Source: Eutreptiella sp. 'Long Island Sound 2002'
Taxonomy: Eukaryota; Protista; Euglenida
DNA: 64,000 nt
Direction of reading: 5' to 3'
NCBI GenBank assembly: GCA_964036045.1
Contig: OZ038379.1
Span: forward strand, 74,834,001 to 74,898,000
Made by a program: the position numbers and the translations under genes. Below are positions 27,530-38,402 of this stretch, one piece after another. The notes below the pieces were generated by a model. The model had not been told where the DNA came from. It did no database searches and saw only the letters and a program-made list of their open reading frames with translations. Position 1 is the first letter of the stretch, and every line of letters starts with the position of its first letter.

Positions 27530-28200
27530 CTAGAGAAACTTACGCAAAAACTGAAGCCAAACGAACCCGCCGTATACATGGGAGTTTTGGGACCATGTTG
27601 TCGCTAGCATGGCCATGTCCTTGTCCCCGAATACGGCCGTGCCAATCACCCATAGGTAGGCGGGTGTTCGATCCGGTGCGCCGTGGTTGAGGAGCACAAT
27701 GGATAGTTGTGTCCCACTTTCACTGGCGCACGGGTCAGCATCCCCACGGAGGAGGAAAGTGAGCGGCCGCTTCCAATCCCTGGTGTCCACAAGGGGTGGA
27801 CGAGATTGGATGTAGCCGGCCCACAATTGCAGCGCCCAAGAGCGGCCACTTGTGTGGGGATCCGCCACGGACGAGGGTGGATGTAGCGGAAGGGCCCTCA
27901 CCAACTCCTTCCATTTGTCCGTGGAGCGGTCACGTGAAGGGATGGGTTGAGAGAATGGGAGGCCCGTTGCGGCGGTGTAAGCGGCCCCCTGGCCGGTCAT
28001 GAACTCCGAGACATGCCGGAAGCCGCCCTTGGGGAATTACAAGTCCATCAGTAACCCGATCAACTCTGGCGCCGGGAAGAGGACGGAGGCATATAAGGTG
28101 CAGCCAGACAGGATGAGCCCGACAACCCCCCCCCGAAAAGTGGTGTATTCCTGCACCATACCCCCATACATCCTATGACTTTTAGGTACTAGAACATCTT
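27530..28200 (-). pseudogene. Decayed coding fragment, possibly LINE-derived, paralogous to about 31740-31960
   Basis: VGLILSGCTLY here versus VGLILSGYTSY at about 31860-31900; CAGCCAGACAGGATGAGCCCGACA versus TAGCCAGACAAGATGAGGCCGACA. Family assignment is weak. Confidence 0.4.
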
Positions 28201-28284
28201 CCCTATGCCAAGGGGATCCCGTGGACACCGGTGCCGCCATGTGCGCACGCGCCGTTAGCATTTCGTAAAATCCCACCACAGCCC

Positions 28285-28410
28285 CAAGACAGCCCTTGTC
28301 TTCACGACAACCCCCTTGTCTTGGTTCAGCTGTCATACGACACCCCCCTGTCTTGACACCTGTCGCGAACCCCTGTCCTAAGACGGCCCCTTGTCTCGGC
28401 ACCTATCCCA
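28285..28410. repeat. Cluster of short GACA-N5-7-TGTC stem-loop repeats
   Basis: e.g. AAGACAGCCCTTGTCTT and ACGACACCCCCCTGTCTT; similar clusters at 32075-32200 and 34300-34500. Confidence 0.75.
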
Positions 28411-28452
28411 CAACGCTATCGCAAGGTACCACTTGGGATTTCATTCATCTCC

Positions 28453-29415
28453 TTAGGCCTGTTGTCGTCCCATGCGTCGCTTCTTGTCTTTTGTGTCATG
28501 CAACGCATGCCACATCTGCAAGCCCACGTTAAGAGCATTAAGCTCCAGTACGTGGGTGAATGCCCGTGAACTAAAATAGGGGCGCAATATTTTATAACCT
28601 AGAAATGAATGGCGGATGTCCATCTTGAACTCCACATTCCGCCTTTCGGTGCAGATGGTAGAAAAAATATAAAAAATGCGGTACTCAGCCGCAAACGACC
28701 CAGAATGGACACATGTCCAATGTACCCACACCGTGTGTTGCCATTGCAACGCACGCCAATCATTGGCAAATTGCACCACAGCCCACCTATACGACTCCGC
28801 CTCCTTATTGGTCAAACCAATCTTGTTCGACCAACACTTTTCCGTATACCACAAAGTCAGGAGCATGCGCCGGATCATGGCAAGCAGGAAGATGCTCGTC
28901 TCGCCGGCAACCACACGGTCTTGAGGCCCCACATGCTGTTGAATAAGCTGCACAACTTTTGTGTGGTTCGCTTGATCTCGGGCAAACCACCTTGCCCCCG
29001 GTAGATCAAAATTACCGTCCTTAGTGGGCCGCGGTGCGTCCCTAATTTCGGACGGGATGTGGGCAGCTGCTTGCAGCACGGATTGCACTACACTCCGCAC
29101 CAAAGGGCCAAGGGCGCCGGCTTGTGAAATAGGGCCATCCGAGCATAACCGTTTGAAAATTGTATTTACTATTCCACAACAGCAATCTACCATGTCTCCA
29201 ACACGACGTGTTGCGGGTATGGAGCCGAGGAAAGCCCCCCATCGGATGGAAATTATAAAATCACTACGGCGGAGGTTGTAACCTCCAAGGTCCTCAAATG
29301 CGAGGTCACAATGCCAACAACAGCATTTAAGTTTCGTGTGCCCGGCACACCTGTCTTGGGAACCCGTCTTGCGACATACCCTTGTCCTGACCCCTGTCTC
29401 GGTATGCTGTCCTCC
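28453..29415 (-). pseudogene. RAG1/Transib-like (CMC-Transib group) DDE transposase, C-terminal catalytic half
   Basis: Stop-free frame of 321 codons containing CWHCD (29319-29305), GDMVDC, DGNF..GARWF, Y-x6-FA and TVWVHWTCVH-x19-E-RRN-VEFK. The H-x4-H-x19-E-xx-N spacing equals RAG1 H937/H942/E962/N965. Confidence 0.7.
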
Positions 29416-29419
29416 TTAT

Positions 29420-30622
29420 CCCATCACCTTCATTCTCGGTATATGTAGCGGAACCAAAGTCCCCACCAACCTGCATTACGGTGGCATACACCCTTCTTGC
29501 ATTGTGATCACGGCAGGCATCAGTGGTGCGGACGTTCCATTGCATGGCGCATCGATTGTGATCCCGTGCTTCACTAGCACATTGCACCTCAGGTTCAGTT
29601 CATATTGCTTCTATAGTCTTTCAAAGAAAGTGAGCACCGTGGCACAACGAATTGTGCTGCCGGCTTACCGCCAAGCCACCTCTGCAACAAAATGAAGAAA
29701 ATGTGTATCAAGCACACACAGGGGAGCCAGGTGATCACCAGGTGATAGATTTTAAAATGAAAATCAGGCACACACATTAAAAACTGTTGCACAGTCTCTG
29801 CGACTCATGTAAACTGCGACCGATGCATTGACACCACCCCCAGGTACAAGGAGAGGTTTGGTCAACTCCCTATATCGTAAAGAGCCTGCCACAACCCCTA
29901 GACAGGGGGTGACGGCAAAGTGTTCCTGGGGGGAAGGGGACAGTGCCAATGCTCAAAAAACCCAAAAAGGACAGCCTTGCATCGGAGTGGATTGGCCTTA
30001 TTCGAATTGTGACCGGGACTGGGTCGATCTGCCCTTCGCCGCCATGGAACTTTGCTATCATCTGCTTCGGTGCAACAACTTGCGTTTTCAGGGTCTCCGC
30101 AAGGCTCCGTGCTTGGGCCAGCCGACCTTCGAGCTCCACCCGGAGAGCCTTCTCCTCGTTGACTTGCACTGCGAGGTCCCAGACCTCCACCTTAGCCTCC
30201 GCGGCTTTCTTCTTGGCCTTCTCGGGCGCTTCCTTCAAAGGGCTTACGACCTCCTGTTGCTTGTCCTGATACTTCCGGCGCTCCTCGAGAAGTGCCTCGT
30301 TCAAGGCAGTTTGGTGCTCCTTTTTGAGTGCACGGACCTCCATGGCGTGTGCCTCCTTGAGCGCCTGATCTCCCTGGACGCAGCCCCCTTTGTGGGCCGT
30401 GGTGATTGCTCCGCCCTTGCGTCGCTCCGTGTCGACAACACCAACTCCTCCAAGAGGCCCCTGGTGGTTTTTGCTTTTTTGTGGGGTGTACGTCCGAGTC
30501 CGAATCCCCTGGGTTTCGGGCCTCCGACTTCTCCGAATTGACTTGCACCGCCTGTCGTTCCCGTGACCGGAACTCATTCTCCAACGAGGTGCGCACGTGG
30601 TGCAAGACGGGGGATCCCCCAA
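29420..30622 (-). pseudogene. Probable frameshifted N-terminal part of the same transposase (coiled coil plus candidate first two catalytic Asp)
   Basis: ORF 29870-30622 has a charged heptad-like region, then VTIRIRPIHSDAR. Downstream frames give VTPCLGVVAGSLRYREL and VMQVGGDF (Asp codon 29461-29459). Same strand, directly upstream of the catalytic half. Confidence 0.4.
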
Positions 30623-30851
30623 CTGTCGTGAACTTCGACGGCCTGATCCAACGGCTGTCGTTTCATGTGTAGTTCAAAGGGGCCTGCACGAGGAATCGTA
30701 CCGGATCTGCGTCTTACCCCCTCCCCGAGGCTGGGTTGTGCACCGCACCACTGCTCCAAGCGTACCAGTTCCGTCCCAAGCAGAGCTATTGACCGACTGT
30801 TTTCTGACTCCCTCTTTGCTTTGCCTCACCCCCTATCAACACCAATGATAG

Positions 30852-31330
30852 GGTTTGCATGCATTCACATGGGAATTGTGTGATTCTGTTCCAATGTGTG
30901 CGCCACTTGCCAATAATGAAGCTGAATTGTACGCAGTGTTGTGGGGCATACAATTGGCACAATCCAAAATGGTGATTGTCATGGATTTGGATGTTCTATA
31001 CAAAGGTCGGCGGGGACGCATGCATTCCTGACTTGATGCGTATTGCGTACATTCAGGTGCCGTGTTGCATGTATACTTTTGGCAAGGCATTTTGATGACC
31101 CTGTAACACACAACAACTGCACTAAAATGGTTGTAGGTACCGGCTCATGCAAGGTTCGAAGAAAATGAGTGAGCGCATGTTTTTGATGGCCCCAAGAAGG
31201 CCAAAATACCACTTTTCAGTCCCGAAGAGTGCAAGACATTTTTTGTCCCCGATGTACCGTTGTGCACAACACCGACGTCTACGTCTATATGCGCCGTATT
31301 CCCTGATACAGGATGCCTGTTAACAAAACC
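30852..31330 (+). pseudogene. RNase H fragment followed by a CPRC Cys remnant (probably retroelement-derived)
   Basis: The frame from 30852 reads LANNEAELYAVLWGIQLAQSKMVIVMDL, matching the TNNxAELxA...I..D(S) motifs of type-1 RNase H. CPRCTVVHN occurs near 31245. Confidence 0.6.
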
Positions 31331-32074
31331 CGGGAAAACTTGGACATCAGCACACAACCTTAGAGACGTATGTTCAAACCAATATGGTCCATTTTAACCT
31401 GTAATGTATGAAAGGGGGGGAAAGTGAACCTCCCAAATATCAACATGTTAACCAAAATTTTGGTCACTTGCACCGCTTTGCTTGTGCGCGTACCATGCCC
31501 ACTTGAAGTGTTTGGGTGGTCAAAGAGTGGCCAACGGGATGCTACAAGGGTTGCATAGTCGTATAGGTGGTTATGTAGCCCCACACATCCCTCTCCGGTC
31601 TGGCCCCTCTCCCCGCTCGCAACCTCCTTTTCCCCTTGTGTAGCTCTTTTTATGCCTTTCTCCCAGGCCACCCTTCTCGAGCTTAGTACGACACTCACAC
31701 GTTTGAGTGGGGCCAAGAGTTTGCGGGACCCTGTGGTATCCCAACTCCTTGGTGAGCGGGTGGCCTCAACCCGTTTGGCCAAGGCCCAGTGGTACGAGGC
31801 CACCAAGGTTGCCTAACTCCCGCTCATCCGCAACAAGCAAATAGAGGCCGCGAAGCAATATGAGGTGTAGCCAGACAAGATGAGGCCGACAGCCTCCCCC
31901 TTGTCGTAGCACATTTTTGGCATCCCATACCCCGCACCTAGGCATGTTCTTGGGGTTTCTGTGGGCTTAAGAGGGTGAAATTAGCCCGAATATACAAGTG
32001 GTTGCGTTGTGCGATTGCGTTTTGACCCTTTTTTTTCCACGACGGCTCCTCTCTTTGCACAAGATAGGGGGTCC

Positions 32075-32200
32075 GTTGGACAACAGCCCCCCTGTCTGCT
32101 GCCTCCTGTCTTACGACAGCAGCCTGTCTTGAAGCCTGTCTGCACCCCCTGTCCACGAACAGCCCCCTGTCTTGAAACTTGTCTACGGCACCTATCTTGT
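32075..32200. repeat. GACA-N-TGTC stem-loop repeat cluster
   Basis: ACGACAGCAGCCTGTCTT and GAACAGCCCCCTGTCTT; ends TTGTCTACGGCACCTATC, like the 28390 cluster. Confidence 0.75.
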
Positions 32201-32224
32201 TTTAGCACCTGTGTCCTCTTTGCA

Positions 32225-34300
32225 ATGCCGAAAGTGGACAACCTTGGCAAGGGGTGGATTGGTAGTGTGGGGGCCAAAATGGGGGCAGTAGTGGTCCATG
32301 CCGCCAAAATGACCACGGAGTACATCCTCGCAGGGGAGAGTATGCAGGTGCAATGTGATGGTGCAATGGCGGATGTCAAGATGCTGCCCGCGTTCACCGC
32401 CAAGCGATCGCCCGGGTGCTTCAGCGACGTCCTCAACGACATTCTCGAACGGCACCCACATCTGCAGCTGGTGGTGGTACGGCCGACTGGCGACGACCTG
32501 GAGCACCTATTTGAGTATGCCCAAGCTACTGTGGATGGGGAAGTCCGCCAGCAGACGGTGTACCTTGAAAACCCCGGATGACAACGGGTGTGTGGACCTC
32601 CGAGCGGATGCCCCCCAAAGGGCCTCTCGGAAAAACACATCATGGCAAGGACCTTTGCAGCACCGCCTCTGCCTGTCTATGGAGAAGGATCCAAGTCTGT
32701 CAAGCCCCGTGTACTCCCTCCGAAGCGACTCCCCTCACCAATGGAGTGAACATGGGCCCGGAACAACGTCCGCTTGGCCATGGGTGACGCACAACAACGA
32801 CCCCATCACCATCCCCTCCCCACCACCACCACTCCTGATTGGCGTATCCGACGACCTTGTCAAGGGGGCGGACGGTACCACACCGCTGGAAGCACATGGA
32901 GAGGATCGACGCTAGTCATACATTCTGGCACATGAATCAATCGACATCATTACGAAGCTGCGACAAGAAGTCAAGGCAGCCCACAACAAGTTTGATTCCG
33001 AGACCGTCGCGGCGAAGCCCCCTCATCAGGATCTGCCTGGCCTTTCGGCAGAGGAAGTGACAACTCTTTCCCATGGTTACACGGCTCCTTTACCACAAGT
33101 TGGCGGGTTTGCCATGAAGCAACTTGACATGGTGCGGACGTCCTTTGCGGGTGGCCATAAGCAGGTCCACCTTTTGTTCGTCAAGTTGGGGCGCCTTCCT
33201 AATGAATCACCGGGGCCAACAGGATCTTCCTCACGTCCTACATTGTGGTTGTTGGGTGACATGCGGCGGATAGTACAACGAACGGGTACTTCATTCCATT
33301 CAGTTCTATAGGTTTGCCGCAGCCATGGAACACCCTACCATTCCCCATGGGGGCCGGCCTGTCGTTGACTTGCCCATCGGAATGCATTGTTCGCCTTCCT
33401 GGGAAACGAAGCGGTATGTATGAGCCGTTGGTCCTCATTCTTATCGGCTTTGGGACACATCGTGTGATCCATCGTGCCAGATATCCAATTATGCCGCCCC
33501 TTGATTGCACCATGGCCCCTCCGCCGGACAATCTTGGTCAAGTCAGACCATGCACAGGATGCAAAAAGAAGCAAAGCGCCAACAAAAGGTCCCCTTGCAC
33601 GCTGTGTCAAGAACCGCTGGCGTGCCGGAGCTGCTCCCAAGCTGGTACCCCTTGTGGGGTGTGCCGCACCAACCCAGGTTGGCACTTGGAATTCAAGGCG
33701 AAGACGGTCACCGACACCCCGAGTGTACCGGGTACGGCAAGCTTCTTCATGTTGTGCAACGAGAATACCCACTTGTACCTCACATTGGTTGACATGCCTC
33801 GGGCAGTCACGGAAGTGCCGTGCATGGGGGAGGCTGCACCCAGCCCTGAGCATTGTCCATTGGGTCACTTCTGCCATGGCAACACCATCATTTCCACGGG
33901 TTCCGACACCCTCGTCGCCACCGTTCACGTCCGCCCGGGTGTGGGTATCACTCTTCGCAACGAACAGTTTGCGGGCTTTGTTGTTCAGTCTCCTCCTGAT
34001 CCGCAGCTGTCAGCCACACGCGGTCGTGTCTTGTGGTGCACGCTTGTTCTCCCCCAAATGCCTCTCTTGGATTATCTTATGGCGCGGCACTACGGCTGGA
34101 TCACCCCACGGGAAAAACAATCCTCGACGGTTTCCAAGGTGGCAACACCAAAGAAGGGGAGCCCGGCCCACTCTGGCAGCCACGACAGCGACACGGAGGA
34201 TGCAGTGGACTGGAGGTGTGCCTGTCAGCAGGTGCACTACCTAGAAAACTCCCACGCTGCGCACGACGCGCGTTTGCTAATTTCGTTTGCGATTTGTGTG
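32225..34300 (+). pseudogene. Decayed approx. 690-codon gene of unknown function with a 4xCxxC cluster
   Basis: Protein-like frames 32225-32581, about 32570-33311 (stop at 32915) and 33314-34300. CTGC-x12-CTLC-x5-CRSC-x6-CGVC at 33551-33664. Confidence 0.4.
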
Positions 34301-34500
34301 TTGCGACAGCCGCCTAAGACAGGCATCACGACAGCCCTCTGTCCCGCGACAATCTGCCACGACAGCCCACCGACAGCCCCCTTCCGACTACAGACCGTGT
34401 CTTGTACCCTGTCTTCATGCCCTGTCCCACGACAGCCCCGTTGTCTGGTGCCCTATCCGAGGTCCGTGTGCTACGACAGTTGCCTGTCGCAGTCCCTATC
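34300..34500. repeat. GACA-N-TGTC stem-loop repeat cluster
   Basis: ACGACAGCCCTCTGTC, ACGACAGCCCCGTTGTCT and ACGACAGTTGCCTGTCG. Confidence 0.7.
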
Positions 34501-35526
34501 ACGCCCCCATATCCTTACGTGCTCTTTCACTTCGGGCCTCAGTGGATGTTCTTCCGGCCATGAATGTGACAGCCCCTGTCACCCCCAGAGTTCGGCGTTT
34601 CGTTCCGTTCGTCAGCAACAAGGATGAGGGGGATAAGGACACGGGGCAGAAGGATGTGGGGCAGAACCATGGGGCGCCGCAAGCCGCCCCCGCAATGGGC
34701 ATCTTTCCGTCGCGCGGCTTGAGATGGCCCTCGCTGTCGCAAAAGTTTATGACGGCTCTCCTAAAGTACACGGTCGCTCCGTTCGAGTCCCACGCGGCAT
34801 CCGACGGTGTCCGGACCACTACACTACCGCACGGCACCGCGTCTGTGGTCTCCTCGCCCGACGTGAGCGGGAATTCACACGAGGGAGGAAAAAAGGCCCG
34901 AAAAGATGCCTAGATGGCGCCCGGCGCGCTAAGGCACTCCATGTTGACAATTCATGGCTCGTCACTTGTCGTTTATCCGTTGTCAAATACTCGAGGATAC
35001 GCATTCACATGCACAGATCCTCCTGGTTTGAAGAGCCGGATGCAAATAAGCGTGATTTTGCCATGTGGTGATGAATTCAACAGTCTTGCAGCGGCACCTA
35101 CTGCTAAACAAGGATAGTGTAAAACGTCCCCTAAAGTTTCCCACAAAGCTACACATGCTGCCCATCAGCAACAAAGATAGACGAGACGGTTGCAGCTTGC
35201 TTCGCTTCAACCTTCTTGAATATTTGGGTGTAGCTTTGGGTGCAAATTTCAGCACTTTGTTTGCCACTCGGGGAAATTTCGATTTTCCGCGTTAAAACAA
35301 TGCACGTGTACCATGCATCAATGACCCTGTGTCAAGCGCCCTCCCGTGGATTGTTGCCTGCTTTGGTGCCTAGGTGTTGTACACCACGACCCACCAAAAG
35401 CCCACAATGTTTGAAAGCGCGCCCAATGGTGGCCCACAATCGAGGTATTGTGCAGTATTATAGGGATGAAGTTCTTTGATTGGTGCAAGCGGGTGGCCAC
35501 CCCCTTCAGGGAATGGGCTCCATGGG

Positions 35527-35926
35527 GCGTGGATCCACATCGATTGCTGGAGCCCCACAGACACATACCACCTGTAGCTCCACCCCTCGAACATCGCGGG
35601 ACCTACCAGAGATACGATGGATCCACAGCTCCAAGCGAACCGAACGTGCGCAACATGAATTAACGAGAGACATCATGTATTCGGAAGAGAGATCCAGAGT
35701 GGGCTTAATGCTGGAAGAACGAGGCGAGTTGGTGGAAGTCTTACGCCGAAATGTCCGTGCCAACCCCAACACTTGCCGCAAATGAAGGTCTTTGTCGACA
35801 CGGCTTCGAGCCTTGTGACTGCAGAAGCGGTTCGCTTCGCTTTGCAGGGCGCTCTTGCCGATGGCTACTTTGTGCATCAGCACCTCGGTCGACTCCAAGC
35901 AAACTCTCGAACAAGCAGCCTCGAGA
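35527..35926 (+). repeat. 400-bp direct repeat, copy 1 (copy 2 at 39496-39895)
   Basis: Colinear and highly similar from GCGTGGATCCACATCG to GCAGCCTCGAGA; no TG...CA termini. Confidence 0.95.
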
Positions 35927-36510
35927 TCATTGAGGTGGGTAGGTATCTTCGGGAGCTCCGGATGCCTCCTTTGACAATGCAGGAAGAATGTCTTACCGAG
36001 GGGGCGTCCTGTCCCTCCCACTGCCCTATGTCAGGTGCCTCTTAAGCCGCTCCCGCAGGTGCTTGGGAAGGCAGTGTCGCGGCCAGCCGGTCCAGGTGTC
36101 CCGGGTGGGAGGGTGTCCACACATGTTTCCATGGGTAGGGCCACATGCCCCCTCCTTTGGGCGGCAGCTCTGCGGGCTGCCCAGCCGTGTGGAGTATCTC
36201 TCACCACAAGGGGTATTGCTCCCGCTAGTCTACCGTACGACCGCCTCACCCTTGTGGCTTGAGTTGCGGGGCTTCTGTGCTTGGCACGTGACCCCCTCCT
36301 GGACTGTGTACCGGCTCACCTGTCAACGGTTGCTTCCATGGCTCCAGGTGACGTTTGCCATGGTCCCCGATGCAGCCTGGCCGGGCTCGGACCAGCGGCC
36401 TTGGGGTACCGCCCCTGCTGCTGGCCCGGTGGGTCGGCTGGGTCGCCCCAGTGCGCCCGACCCATGGGGTGTTGGTTCTTTCCTGTCCCTCGGCCGCCCT
36501 ACGTGTGCAC

Positions 36511-38402
36511 GTGTGTGCGGTGTCCTGGGCCACTTGGTTCCTGTTCACCGGTGTGCCCGCTTGGTTCGTTGCTTTGCTTGTGCGGTGTCCTGTGCCACTT
36601 GGCTCCTGTTCACCGATGTGCCCGCTCGGTGTGTTGTTTTGCTTGCGCGGTGTGCTGGGCCACTTGGCTCCTGTTCACCGGTGTGCCCGCTCGGTGCGTT
36701 GCTTTGCTTGTGCGGTGTGCTGGGCCACTTGGCTCCTGTTCACCGGTGAGCCCGCTCGGTGCGTTGCTTTGCGTGTGCGGTGTCCTGGACCACCTGGCTC
36801 CTGTTCACCGGTGTGCCCGCTCGGTGCGTTGCCTGTGTGTGCGGTGTCCTGGGCCACTTCGCTCCTGTTCACCGGTGTGCCCGCTCGGCGTGTTGTCTTG
36901 CGTGTGCGGTGTCCTGGGCCACTTGGCTCCCTTTCACCGGTGTGCCGCGTCCGCGTGTTGTTTTGCGTGTGCGGTGTCCCGGGCCACTTGGCTCCTGTTC
37001 ACCGATGTGCCCGCTCGGTGCGTTGCCTGTGTGTGCGGTGTCCTGGGCCACCTGACTCCTGTTCACCGGTGTGCCCGCTCGGCATGTTGTGTTGCGTGTG
37101 CGGTGTCCTGGGCCACTTGGCTCCCGTTCACCGGTGTGCCCGCTCGGCGTGTTGTGTTGCGTGTGCGGTGTCCTGGGCCACTTGGCTCCTGTTCACCGGT
37201 GTGCCCGCTGTGTGTGCTGTGTTGCGTTTGCGGTGTCCTGGGCCACCTGGCTCCTGTTCACTGGTGTGCCCGCTCGGCATGTTGTGTTGCGTGTGCGGTG
37301 TCCTGGGCCACTTGGCTCCTGTTCACCGGTGTGCCCGCTCGGCGTGTTGTGTTGCGTGTGCGGTGTCCTGGGCCACTTCGCTTCTGTTCACCGGTGTGTC
37401 CGCTGTGTGTGCTGTGTTGCGTTTGCGGTGTCCTGGGTCACCTGGCTCCTGTTCACCGGTGTGCCCGCTCGGTGCGTTGCCTGTGTGTGTGGTGTCCTGG
37501 GCCGCCTGGCTCCTGTTCACCAGTGTGCCCGCTCGGCATGTTGTGCTGCGTGTGCGGTGTCCTGGGCCACTTGGCTCCTGTTCACCGGTGTGCCCGCTCG
37601 GCGTGTTGTGTTGCGTGTGCGGTGTCCTAGGCCACTTGGCTGCTGTTCACCGGTGTGCCCGCTGTGTGTGCTGTGTGGCCCGTGCGGTGTCCTGGGTCAC
37701 CTGGCTCCTGTTCACCAGTGTGCCCGCTCGGTGCGCTGCTTTGCATGTGCGGTGTCCTGGGCCACTTGGCTCCTGTTCACCGGTGTGCCCTCTCGGTGTG
37801 TTGTTTTGCGTGTGCGGAGTCCTGGGCCACTTGGCTCCTGTTCACCGGTGTGCCCGCTCGGTGTGTTGTTTTGCTTGTGCGGTGTCTTGGGCCACTTGGC
37901 TCCTGTTCACCGGTGTGCCCGTTCGGCGTGTTGTGTTGCATGTGCGGTGTCCTGGGCCACGTGGCTCCTGTTCACCGGTGTGCCCGCTCGGTGTGTTGTT
38001 TTTCTTGTGCGGTGTCCTGGGCCACTTGTCTCCTGTCCACCGGTGTGCCCGCTCGGTGCGTTGCCTGTGTGTGCGGTGTCCTGGGCCACTTGGCTCTTGT
38101 TCACCGGTGTGCCGGCTTGGTGCGTTGTTTTGCTTGTGCGGTGTCCTGGGCCACTTGGTTCCTGTTCACCGGTATGCCCGCTCGGTGTGTTGTGTTGCGT
38201 GTGCGGTGTCCTGGGCCACTTGGCTCCTGTTCACCGGTGTGCCCGCTCGGTGTGTTGTTTTGCCTGTGCGGTGTCTTGGGCCACTTGGCTCCTGTTCACG
38301 AGGGTGCCCGCTCGGTGTGTTGTGTTGCGTGTGCGGTGTCCTGGGCCACTTGGCTCCTGTTCACCGGTGTGCCCGCTCGGTGTGTTGTGTTGCTTGTGCG
38401 GT
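36511..38402. repeat. 65-bp tandem satellite, about 29 copies (64-bp variants interspersed)
   Basis: Unit GTGTGCGGTGTCCTGGGCCACTTGGCTCCTGTTCACCGGTGTGCCCGCTCGGTGTGTTGTGTTGC; the anchor CCTGTTCAC occurs at 36540 ... 38161, 38226, 38291, 38356. Confidence 0.97.

Noticed and set aside
27316-34300. ProtoRAG-like RAG1-RAG2 transposon (CACTATG at 27316 plus a neighbouring Cys-rich gene)
   Set aside because: The genes are divergent rather than convergent, no kelch repeats are visible, there is no matching right-hand heptamer, and a single 7-mer is expected by chance in 64 kb.
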